Assembly: GCA_964512945.1 (NCBI GenBank)
Contig: CAZEKV010000001.1
Coordinates: forward strand, 1 to 50,073
Length of the DNA: 50,073 nt
From: an uncultured Spirochaetales bacterium
Lineage (GTDB): Bacteria; Spirochaetota; Spirochaetia; CAZEKV01
Direction of reading: 5' to 3'
Within the stretch, counting starts at the first letter, position 1. Each line of letters begins with the position of its first letter. Below the pieces are notes generated by a model that ran no database searches, was not told where the DNA came from, and saw only the letters and a list, made by a program, of their open reading frames with translations. Below, piece after piece: positions 38,144-46,714 of this stretch. A program made the translations under genes and the position numbers.

Positions 38144-39697
38144 GTGAAGTCGGCTAAAAAGAAGTATTCACTCTTATTAATAAGTCCCGGGCATAGGTTC
38201 AGAAATATGTGGGCTTTAAAGGAATTGGGTGAATTATTAAATAAAAAGGCAGCCACATTTCCTCTTGCTTTGCCTGCACTGGCGGCGTTAACTCCGGATT
38301 ATTATGATATTAAGCTTATTGATGAAGAATCATCTCCGATAAAATACATTAAAATCCCCGATCTTGTTGGAATATCTTCTATGGCAACGAACACAAAAAG
38401 GGCTTATGAAATAGCAAATAAATTTAAAAAAATGGGATCAACCGTTGTTATGGGAGGGCCTTATACAACATTAAACTATCAAGAATCCTTAAATCACGCA
38501 GATGCAGTTGTAGTGGGTGAAGCAGAGGAGCTCTGGGGAGAGTTTTTAAAGGATTTTGAGAATGGAAGTATTAAGAAAATTTATAAATCAAATCAACTGC
38601 CGGATATCTCAAGGCTCCCCATTCCGCGATGGGATCTTGTCGATGTTAAAAAATCACTTTCATTGAATGTGCAGATATCTAGAGGCTGCCCTAATGGTTG
38701 CGATTTTTGCTGTGTAACAAAAATGTTTGGGGCAAAACAGAGATACAGGGATATTGATAACGTTATAGAGGAAATAAAGTCACTACCGGTAAAGCAATTG
38801 TCTTTTGTTGATGATAATTTCACATCAAACAAGAAGTATGTAAAAGAATTACTAATGAAAATAAAACCGCTTCACATATCATGGAATTGTCTTGCGAGCT
38901 ATGAACTCGGAGATGATGAAGAACTATTAAATCAAATGGCGGATGCCGGGTGTCATACAATATTGATTGGTTTTGAATCTCTGAATCCAGGGAGTCTCAA
39001 GGTTGCAAAAAAAAAGCAACATGGGGTAAGCAAGTATGAGAAGGTTGTTGAAAATATAAATAGGGCAGGAATCCATGTTACAGGTGCTTTTATAGTGGGA
39101 TTTGAAGAAGACACTTTAGAAACTTTTGATAATATATATAACTTCTATATTGAGAATAATATTTCATATATTATGCTTAACATATTAACTGCTTTTCCAA
39201 ATACAAAGTTATATAATAATTTGAAAAAACAAAACAGAATTCTTGATATTCCCCATAATTATCTTACGGGAGTTTTTCCTTCAATGAAGTATGATAAGAT
39301 TGGCCCTGTTGATATATTTAATAAGAATCTGGAAACCTACAGAAAGATATATTCTTATGATATTATTATGGATAAAGTGAAAAAAATATTTTCTGAAGGT
39401 AATTATGTATACCCCAGATACGGTATTAATATAAAAGACAGGATCTCGGGAGTTGCCAATATCCTTAAAAGGTTTGTTTTTTCCAAAAATAAAAAGAAAA
39501 GAGAAATTATTAAAAATATATTTATTATGATCAAAAACCGTGAAATGACCCCTGACTTGTTGTTTGAATATCTTTTTTTCGTAGAAGCTGCTAATATTTA
39601 TATTGATAAATATAATAATATGAAATATGAGTTGCAAGAGGACATAAAAGGATTCAGATCTAAGCCCTCTAAAAAAGCAATGCAAAAAAGTTTGTAA
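38144..39697 (+). CDS. B12-binding-domain radical SAM protein (class B-like, function unknown)
   Basis: N-terminal Rossmann-like LLLISP...DLVGISSM...VVMGGPY, radical SAM ISRGCPNGCDFCCV, and a long basic C-terminal extension; 517 aa. GTG start with no visible SD. Confidence 0.8.
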   Translation: MKSAKKKYSLLLISPGHRFRNMWALKELGELLNKKAATFPLALPALAALTPDYYDIKLIDEESSPIKYIKIPDLVGISSMATNTKRAYEIANKFKKMGSTVVMGGPYTTLNYQESLNHADAVVVGEAEELWGEFLKDFENGSIKKIYKSNQLPDISRLPIPRWDLVDVKKSLSLNVQISRGCPNGCDFCCVTKMFGAKQRYRDIDNVIEEIKSLPVKQLSFVDDNFTSNKKYVKELLMKIKPLHISWNCLASYELGDDEELLNQMADAGCHTILIGFESLNPGSLKVAKKKQHGVSKYEKVVENINRAGIHVTGAFIVGFEEDTLETFDNIYNFYIENNISYIMLNILTAFPNTKLYNNLKKQNRILDIPHNYLTGVFPSMKYDKIGPVDIFNKNLETYRKIYSYDIIMDKVKKIFSEGNYVYPRYGINIKDRISGVANILKRFVFSKNKKKREIIKNIFIMIKNREMTPDLLFEYLFFVEAANIYIDKYNNMKYELQEDIKGFRSKPSKKAMQKSL

Positions 39698-39710
39698 CTT
39701 TAAAAAATAA

Positions 39711-39727
39711 CTGAATAATGAATTCAG
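39711..39727. terminator. weak AT-rich hairpin (CTGAAT-aatga-ATTCAG) between the convergent rSAM and ACP genes
   Basis: A 6-bp stem seen directly, flanked by A/T runs on both strands. Could act as a bidirectional terminator. Confidence 0.25.
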
Positions 39728-39734
39728 GAATCCA

Positions 39735-40004
39735 TCAAGTTTTTTGTTTTGTTATATATTCAGCAAGACTTTTCAGATTGCTTACGATCTGGTAGGCCTG
39801 GTCTTTTCCCCCAATGTGTATGTTATACTTATTTTTTATTGCAACTATTATTTCAACTGCGTCCAGGGAATCGAGACCCATGGGAGAATCCGGTCCAAAA
39901 AGGGGGGATTCACTCTTCAAATCATTCACGGGCTCGGTAATTTTACAGCATTCCATAATCAATTTCTTGAGTTCAGTCTCCAATTCAGTAAGTTGTTCGG
40001 CCAT
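39735..40004 (-). CDS. stand-alone acyl carrier protein
   Basis: 89 aa. Phosphopantetheine site GLDSLDAVEIIVAI in the expected helix II context. Confidence 0.75.
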   Translation of the reverse strand: MAEQLTELETELKKLIMECCKITEPVNDLKSESPLFGPDSPMGLDSLDAVEIIVAIKNKYNIHIGGKDQAYQIVSNLKSLAEYITKQKT

Positions 40005-40032
40005 TATATAAAACTCCTTCGTTAAATCCGTA

Positions 40033-41283
40033 TTAGTCTCTCTTTGTGATCGAAAACGATGCGATAAACATTGTTAAAATAAAAAACCCCAGCAGCAAGC
40101 CGGCGTGGGGAAGAATGGCGAGAATACTGTCATTTCTCACAAATATCTTCAAAAAACCGTCAAGCCCCCATGCCAGTGGCGAAATAATTCTTATTTTGCT
40201 GAAAAAATCTGGCATAATGTAGGATGGAACCATTATTCCGCCGATTACCGCCGCTATCATAATTGAAAATGGGCCGAGGGAAGTTGCCTGTTCCAGGCTT
40301 TTTGAAAAGGAGCCGATCATAATCCCGTAGCCTGTTGCGGCAAGAGCCGAAGAGACAGCCATTAAAATAAGTCCCCCAAAATTATTTCCCAAATTCAACG
40401 GAGAGACACCAAAAAGCGGTAACAAGAATATACCTACCAGAATCATGAGTATAAACTGAATCAGACATATTCCTGTATACGCCAGAATCTTTCCACTGAG
40501 CAGATTAAAATAAGATACAGGCATTGTCAATAATCTCTGGGTTAAATTATTGTCTCGTTCTCTTATTAACATGCTCGAAAGGGGGATTACTATAAAAAAC
40601 ATTCCAAATAGTGACCATGCGGGAATATTCTGCTGAACGGCATTCGGTATAATTTGTTCATTTTTGAAAAGCGACTCCTTTTTTATGGAAAAAAGCCTGT
40701 CATCCACCCAGCGGAATTTTGATCTGGGGACTACTTTTGCTATACTTTTCATTCTTTTGTCTATTTCAATTCTAAGAAGGAGCCTCTCCATTGTTTCCGT
40801 AATAGAGTGTCGGAATGCCCCCCGCACAACGGGATCGAAGAAAAATCTTAATTCAACAGGGGGATATTCCCTGTTTTTAAATTCATCCTTTTTCGAGAAG
40901 GTATCTTTTGCCATTAAAAATGACTTTTTATTCATTAATTCTGTAGAACCGTCGGGAATGTATATTAAGCAGCGGGAATATCCCTTCCTGACCATTCTTT
41001 TTCCTTTTTCCATATCTTTGCATTCAATGATTTCAAATATATCAGTTTCTTTCATTACCTTTTCTATGGTTTCTCCTATGGTGCCGGAATCATCATCTAT
41101 TAATATAATTTTAATCTTAATTTTCTCGTCTGTAAATTTGAAAAGATCATTCTGTATCAGGGAAACTATAAGTACGAGAATCACAGGCATGAGAAAGAGA
41201 AAAATAATTGCATTTCTATCTCTGAAAAGCTGAACCAGTGAGAAGTAAAAAGTACTCATTATTTTTCTTAATTGAATCTTCAT
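40033..41283 (-). CDS. ABC-2 type transporter permease
   Basis: 416 aa. One N-terminal TM helix, a ~180-aa extracytoplasmic domain, then five C-terminal TM helices, which is the typical ABC-2 architecture. GAGAGGGA SD. Confidence 0.75.
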   Translation of the reverse strand: MKIQLRKIMSTFYFSLVQLFRDRNAIIFLFLMPVILVLIVSLIQNDLFKFTDEKIKIKIILIDDDSGTIGETIEKVMKETDIFEIIECKDMEKGKRMVRKGYSRCLIYIPDGSTELMNKKSFLMAKDTFSKKDEFKNREYPPVELRFFFDPVVRGAFRHSITETMERLLLRIEIDKRMKSIAKVVPRSKFRWVDDRLFSIKKESLFKNEQIIPNAVQQNIPAWSLFGMFFIVIPLSSMLIRERDNNLTQRLLTMPVSYFNLLSGKILAYTGICLIQFILMILVGIFLLPLFGVSPLNLGNNFGGLILMAVSSALAATGYGIMIGSFSKSLEQATSLGPFSIMIAAVIGGIMVPSYIMPDFFSKIRIISPLAWGLDGFLKIFVRNDSILAILPHAGLLLGFFILTMFIASFSITKRD

Positions 41284-41405
41284 TATCTATGATTCCCTCT
41301 CTTTCCAGTAGATATTGCTTTTTCAAACATAGACACCCATTCGCCCAAAATACCGCTGCCTGAATTATTCTGGCAGATAAATAGGTTTTGTAAGTGGTTC
41401 ACAAT

Positions 41406-42152
41406 CTAGTCCCTTAAATATTTACCTGTGAGGGATATAAACAATTCCTCAAGATTTTTGCAGTTATTTCCGGATTTTATTAATTCTGCCGGTTTCCCCT
41501 CGGCAATTATCCTGCCGTTATCCATTATAGCTATATCCGAACACAGTGTTTCAGCTTCTTCCATATGATGGGTGGTATAAATTATGGTTATCTTTTCTTT
41601 TTCCAGTTCTTTAAGATTGTTTAGGATATTATTTCTGGATTGGGGATCTATACCTGTAGTCGGCTCATCAAGAAAGAGCAGATCGGGTTTATGTAATATC
41701 CCTGCGGCAAGATTAGCCCTCCTTTTTATCCCTCCTGAACATTGTCCAATTCTCATCCTGGAGTACTCAGAGAGTCCCATTAGTTCCATTACATACTCTA
41801 TTCTTGTTTTTAATTTTTTCCCCTGTATATCATAGAGGGAACCGAAATAGTGTAAATTCTCGCTTACTGTTAGTTTTTCGTATATGGCAATATTCTGGGG
41901 AACAAGCCCGATAAATTTTTTTATTCTATCAGGATGTTTTCGGGCATCTACTCCGAAGATGGAGATTGTGCCGCCGGTGGGTTTTAACAGGGTTGTGATG
42001 ATTGAGATTGCTGTTGTCTTTCCTGCTCCATTCGGCCCCAACAATCCGTATATCCTGCCGTTTTCGACTGTGAGATTAAATTTATCCAGTGCGAAAACCG
42101 AGGATCCCCTGTATTTCTTCGAAATATCCTTAACGACCAATGCCTTTTCCAA
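41406..42152 (-). CDS. ABC transporter ATP-binding protein
   Basis: Walker A GLLGPNGAGKTT, signature CSGGIKRR, Walker B LLFLDEPTTGID and H-loop TTHHMEE. TTG start behind a GGGGAG SD. Confidence 0.88.
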   Translation of the reverse strand: MEKALVVKDISKKYRGSSVFALDKFNLTVENGRIYGLLGPNGAGKTTAISIITTLLKPTGGTISIFGVDARKHPDRIKKFIGLVPQNIAIYEKLTVSENLHYFGSLYDIQGKKLKTRIEYVMELMGLSEYSRMRIGQCSGGIKRRANLAAGILHKPDLLFLDEPTTGIDPQSRNNILNNLKELEKEKITIIYTTHHMEEAETLCSDIAIMDNGRIIAEGKPAELIKSGNNCKNLEELFISLTGKYLRD

Positions 42153-42293
42153 TTTTCTCCCCTGGTGCTTTATCTATGACACGCCGCGGCACCAATTAAC
42201 TGCCTGTTCTTCTGGATCCTGCGGGACACCACGGCCAGAAAGGACAAAAGATAATCCTCTCCTACAACAAGTGTACCTCAGAAGAGAAGATTT

Positions 42294-42353
42294 TTCCGGG
42301 AGTCCAGATCAGGTGACAGGTACACCGACAGATTCCCGGGAAGACTCCCGAAA
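42294..42353 (-). other. long stem-loop in the 5' leader of the ABC/ACP operon
   Basis: On the minus strand, UUUCGGGAGUC pairs with GACUCCCGGAA (11 bp including one G-U) and encloses 38 nt. A second GGUGC/GCACC hairpin (42164-42193) abuts the SD. Confidence 0.4.
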
Positions 42354-42741
42354 TAACTTGATAACGAATTAATTAGATTCTCTTTTTCATGATGTCCATT
42401 TGTAATTTTAGGATCATATTCGCTTTTATTTTCCTGTTTTGTCAAGCCTGGTGGGTGTCGTTTCTGCATCATAATTCAGGATCTTATGAACTGGAAATAG
42501 GGTTAAGGTGATGAGATTAGTATATTCTAATGGGTTCATCCGGTTCTGGAAGAGCTAATCCGGCAGATGGAATGATGATGAATCCACGTTTTTTAGTTGA
42601 AAACTACAGCTGGAAAAGGTGGAATTGCATATAAAATTGTTGTAGAATGGCATCCGGAAAAGAGAAAGGGGCTGTGGAGGCGGTATAAATCCGTTAAGCA
42701 ATAATTAAATTTTTATTTAAAACGGTAAAAAAGGATTTTAG

Positions 42742-43689
42742 ATGGATAAAAAAAATGAGCGTTTTACAGGTATCGTATCGGAGTGCCATTCCTGCATTCT
42801 AAATCAAGCACGTTCGGCAGCCCTTTTTGCCGAACTTACCAAAAAGCAAACAAATAGAATCCTTGATTTTGCTGCCGGGGAGCTTGAAAGGGCAAAAACA
42901 ACCCCTCTTTTGGTTCAGCATATTGTTAGAAATATATCGGATGCAATTATTAAGGAGCTGGGGGAGTCCGGAGATTTCGATATATACTCAGAAGTGAAAA
43001 AAAGATCCAACATTCTGGCTTTATCTTACGCAGAAAAATTTCAGAAAAAAATAGATCGGAGTAAATCGCCTTTTGAAATGAGTTTGCAAATTGCGGCAGC
43101 AGGGAACATTATAGATTTTGGAGCAAAGAGTCATGGTTCTCTTGATCTCGATAAAGAACTTCGAATCCTTAACAGGATTCCATTTGCCAGATATGATATT
43201 GATCCCTTTAAAGAAGCCCTGAATGGGGCTTCAACACTTCTTTACATCTGTGACAACTGCGGTGAGATAGTTTTTGATATGCCATTCATAAAAGAATTGC
43301 AGAAAAGATATCCCGATATCGAGATAACAGCGGCATTCCGCGATAAGCCGATTATAAATGATGCTGTTCTGAGAGATGCTGAAGAGATAGGCTTTAATAA
43401 GCTTGTCAGAATAGTATCAAGCGGGAGCATCTATCCAGGAACCATCCTTCCGGAAACAACGAAAGAATTTCAGCGATTGTTCCATTCTGCTGATGTGATA
43501 CTTTCCAAGGGCCAGGGAAATTTTGAGACCTTGCTCCCCCGGGCTGATAAAAAACTTTTTTTCCTGCTGCGCATAAAATGTGAATATATGGCCGCTATGT
43601 CCGGATTGGAAAAAGACAATCTGGTACTTTTTCAGGGAAATAGAACCTTTAAAAAGAAATGGCATGATACCGGAAATATCTCTGTATGA
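42742..43689 (+). CDS. DUF89 family protein (ARMT1-like damage-control phosphatase family)
   Basis: AAGNIIDFG, ICDNCGEIVFD and SKGQGNFETL motifs as remembered for DUF89; 315 aa. Confidence 0.65.
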   Translation: MDKKNERFTGIVSECHSCILNQARSAALFAELTKKQTNRILDFAAGELERAKTTPLLVQHIVRNISDAIIKELGESGDFDIYSEVKKRSNILALSYAEKFQKKIDRSKSPFEMSLQIAAAGNIIDFGAKSHGSLDLDKELRILNRIPFARYDIDPFKEALNGASTLLYICDNCGEIVFDMPFIKELQKRYPDIEITAAFRDKPIINDAVLRDAEEIGFNKLVRIVSSGSIYPGTILPETTKEFQRLFHSADVILSKGQGNFETLLPRADKKLFFLLRIKCEYMAAMSGLEKDNLVLFQGNRTFKKKWHDTGNISV

Positions 43690-44519
43690 TCGGCGGAAGG
43701 ATTACAATACTTGTAGATGATGAGGCTGAACACCCCTATATTCCGGAACACGGGTTTGCCGCCCTTATCGAAGTTAGCGGGAAAAGAATCCTCTTTGATA
43801 CGGGGTGGGGTAAAGCCCTTTTCCATAATGCGGAGATATCAGGAATATCCCTCTCAAATCTTGACGGGTTGGTTCTGAGTCATGGGCACTACGATCATAG
43901 CGGAAATCTTTCAAAAATTCTTTCATTAAACCCGGGAGTATCTTTTTTTGCTCATCCCGGCTCAATGATTCCCCGTTGGTCACTTTCTCCCGTGAAAAAA
44001 CCAAAATCAGCAGGGGTTTCAGGTAAAAACAGGAAGGCGATAACAGGTCTCTCCAGCAGCCGTCTCCACTGGTGTAAAGGTCCCGTAGAAATTACGACAG
44101 GGGTATGGATAACAGGGGAAATAGAACGGAAAAATAGTTTTGAAGATACGGGGGGGAATTTCTATAAAAACAAAATCGGAACCCAAAGGGATTTTATTGT
44201 TGATGATATCTCGATCTGGATTGATGGTGACAGCGGTCTTACAATTATCTGCGGCTGTTGCCACTCCGGTCTAAAAAATACGCTTGGACAAATACTTGCA
44301 AGCTGTGATACTCCTCGAATCAACACGCTTCTTGGAGGATTCCATCTCATCCATTCGAAAAAAGAGAGACTTGAAAAAACTATCTCCTTTATCAATAGGA
44401 CCGGGATAGAAAGAATTATTCCTTCTCATTGCACCGGCAAGGCGGCTGTCGAAAGTTTCAGAGAACACCTCGATTCCGAGATTATATCTGGAAGTGCAGG
44501 GCTTCAAATTACGATATAG
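43686..44519 (+). CDS. MBL-fold metallo-hydrolase (COG1237-like)
   Basis: ITILVDDEA..EHGFAALIE..GKRILFDTG and LSHGHYDHSGN (HxHxDH). ATGA overlap with the DUF89 gene. Confidence 0.75.
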   Translation: MIGGRITILVDDEAEHPYIPEHGFAALIEVSGKRILFDTGWGKALFHNAEISGISLSNLDGLVLSHGHYDHSGNLSKILSLNPGVSFFAHPGSMIPRWSLSPVKKPKSAGVSGKNRKAITGLSSSRLHWCKGPVEITTGVWITGEIERKNSFEDTGGNFYKNKIGTQRDFIVDDISIWIDGDSGLTIICGCCHSGLKNTLGQILASCDTPRINTLLGGFHLIHSKKERLEKTISFINRTGIERIIPSHCTGKAAVESFREHLDSEIISGSAGLQITI

Positions 44520-44605
44520 ATTTTTTACTTACAGATAATAATTTTATTGATTTTTTTTAGAATTTGATTTACGTTATTGTAAATCAAATATGGAGGGATA
44601 TAATT

Positions 44606-45340
44606 TTGAAAAAGATTTTCTTGTTTATACTTGTTTTAACGGCTATGGGGCTTTTTGCGGATGCTAATGCCGATTTACTAAAGGCTTCGAAAAAGGGTAA
44701 ATTACAGGCTGTTAAAAATGCTCTTGAGGCGGGAGCTAATGTTAACACTATGAATAAAGACAGAGAAACTCCGCTGTTGTTGTCTTCAGAAAAGGGAAAA
44801 GTTGAGGTTATAGAGTATCTTCTTTCCAGAAAAGCTGACATGAAAGCAAAGAATGTCTATGGTTATACCGCTTTAATTTTAGCCTCAAAAAATGGTCATA
44901 TAGAGGTTATAAACCTTTTGTTGAGGAAGGGAGCCAAAATTGATGAAAGAGACAACGGGGGTTTTAGTCCTCTAATATACGCTGCAAAGCATAGTCACGG
45001 AGATGCTGTGGAATTACTGATAAAAAAAGGGGCTAATGTTAATGCACAGAATAGTTCGAAGAATACAGCATTGATGTTTGCCGCTTATTCTGGAAGCCCT
45101 AATGTTATGAAATTTCTCCTGGCTAAGGGTGCTAAGGTTGATTTAAGAAATAGTTCCGGTCAGACCGCATTAATATGGGCAACTGGAGATGGCAAGCTCA
45201 AAAGTGTCAAAATTCTTCTTGAGGCGGGAGCTAATGTTAATGCCAGGGATAAGAGGGGTAAAACGGCCATGCTTTTTGCCAAAAGAATGAGGCGTAATGA
45301 TCTAATACAGCTTCTTAAGGAATATGGCGCTGTAGATTGA
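44606..45340 (+). CDS. secreted ankyrin-repeat protein
   Basis: TTG 44606 behind a GGAGGG SD. Signal-like KKIFLFILVLTAMGLFADA. Six to seven ANK units (G.TPL..A...G..E.v..LL..GA.vn). Confidence 0.8.
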   Translation: MKKIFLFILVLTAMGLFADANADLLKASKKGKLQAVKNALEAGANVNTMNKDRETPLLLSSEKGKVEVIEYLLSRKADMKAKNVYGYTALILASKNGHIEVINLLLRKGAKIDERDNGGFSPLIYAAKHSHGDAVELLIKKGANVNAQNSSKNTALMFAAYSGSPNVMKFLLAKGAKVDLRNSSGQTALIWATGDGKLKSVKILLEAGANVNARDKRGKTAMLFAKRMRRNDLIQLLKEYGAVD

Positions 45341-45467
45341 GATTGTACACGATATTTTTATTAATAGATGGACTCTTGTTTTTACCATAATAAGATATTT
45401 TTGTGTAATCTACTCCATGTATTTTTGATATATGTCTGTTCATTGATTTAATGGAAAGGAGGCATCA

Positions 45468-46634
45468 ATGAAAAATAAAGGGTTTCTCAGGGCGTTTGTA
45501 ATTTTTTCGATTTTCTCCCTTGTTTTACTTTCTGCTTTTTCAAAAACGGAAAATCTAAAGATTTACTCTGAAGAGCGTTCGAATGGAATTGATATCTATG
45601 CAGATAATAACGCTTTTATACCAATATGGGTAGAGGTCGAATTTGAGAAAATTGAGAATTTGAAATCCTCTGTTAGTCTGCCATTTGCCAGTGTTGTGGG
45701 GGCAAAAAAAAGTAAGGTTCTTCTGATATCCCTGGATGTAAAGGATAGAAAGAAGGGTTACAGCTTGCAATATACGACCTCATATGTATGGGGAGATCCT
45801 GAGGGGGTTTCCCCTGACAAAAGCCATCTTTATCTCTTTCCATTTGAGCATGGTAAAAAATGTGAGTTAACTCAGGGATATAAGGGCAAATTTTCCCATT
45901 TTGATGAGCAGACCTATTCTCTTGATTTTGTTATGAAGGTTGGAACCCCCATAACAGCTGCAAGGGACGGGATAGTAGTTGAGGTAAAAGAAGACTCAAA
46001 GAAAGGTGGTTCCAACGAAAGTTTTGCAGAATATGGCAATTATATTTTAATATATCATAAGGACGGAACCTTCGCCGATTATGTTCACCTGAAGAAAAAC
46101 GGAGCTGCAGTTAAGGCAGGAGACAGGGTGAAGGCAGGGGATGTTATTGGATACAGCGGAAATACTGGATGGTCTACCGGACCCCATCTCCATTTTTCGG
46201 TTAGTATTCCCAAAAAAGAGGGTTTTCTTGATTCCATCCCCGTGAAGTTTCTCAATTATAACGGCAAGGGGGTATCTCCTGAGGCCGGGGGTTTTTATTA
46301 TTCTTTTCATCCGGGCAAAAAGAAATTCGAGATTAAACTGGGAAAAAACATCACGAATAATACCTATAAAAATTATACCAAACCCTGCCCAAAAACAGGG
46401 AAGGTAATAATAGATACTGAAAGGATTGACAATACCTTTGTTCTTTTTATAGAGAATGGATACAATGGGAAGATTACAGCTTCAGTAAAATTTAAGCTTA
46501 AGAACCTCGTAACAAGTATGAAATCTCCTGTTTCAATAGAGGTTCCTCCCCTATCGAAGGTTTTCCTGTGTTTTCTACGCCTTAAGGATCCCTTAAAGGG
46601 CTACAGCTACAATTACAGTCTGGAATGCGAGTAA
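45468..46634 (+). CDS. M23 family (LytM-type) metallopeptidase with a C-terminal extension
   Basis: Signal peptide. FSH...YSLDFVMKVGTPITAARDGIVV and GNTGWSTGPHLHFSV. AAGGAGG SD. Confidence 0.8.
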   Translation: MKNKGFLRAFVIFSIFSLVLLSAFSKTENLKIYSEERSNGIDIYADNNAFIPIWVEVEFEKIENLKSSVSLPFASVVGAKKSKVLLISLDVKDRKKGYSLQYTTSYVWGDPEGVSPDKSHLYLFPFEHGKKCELTQGYKGKFSHFDEQTYSLDFVMKVGTPITAARDGIVVEVKEDSKKGGSNESFAEYGNYILIYHKDGTFADYVHLKKNGAAVKAGDRVKAGDVIGYSGNTGWSTGPHLHFSVSIPKKEGFLDSIPVKFLNYNGKGVSPEAGGFYYSFHPGKKKFEIKLGKNITNNTYKNYTKPCPKTGKVIIDTERIDNTFVLFIENGYNGKITASVKFKLKNLVTSMKSPVSIEVPPLSKVFLCFLRLKDPLKGYSYNYSLECE

Positions 46635-46714
46635 CACGGATTGGAATACTTCCAAAGATGTTTTTTTCTGATGGTTTATCGTCTTTCGACCAAAAATCCG
46701 GAAGACTCTGGATC

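Noticed and set aside
42303-42314. TPP (THI-box) riboswitch, suggested by an exact ACCUGAUCUGGA 12-mer on the minus strand
   Set aside because: The rest of the aptamer is absent. There is no upstream CUGAGA pyrimidine-sensor bulge, no GGGGUGC P2 strand, no CCAGCG-AGGGAA 3' half and no closing P1 consistent with the consensus. It is kept only as part of the structured-leader finding.
42153-42400. Cobalamin riboswitch upstream of the ABC operon, considered because a B12-type rSAM gene is nearby
   Set aside because: GGGAAUC...GGUG and CCAGAAGAACAGGCAG give only a vague resemblance. The conserved GCCACUG and the B12 box (AGYCAGGAGACCUGCC-like) are not present.
42278-42472. 64-aa minus-strand ORF as a possible RiPP precursor for the rSAM/ABC genes
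   Set aside because: There is no SD before its ATG, it overlaps the strong hairpin at 42294-42353, and the sequence has no leader/core features (no Cys/Ser/Thr-rich core, no GG cleavage motif). More likely non-coding leader.
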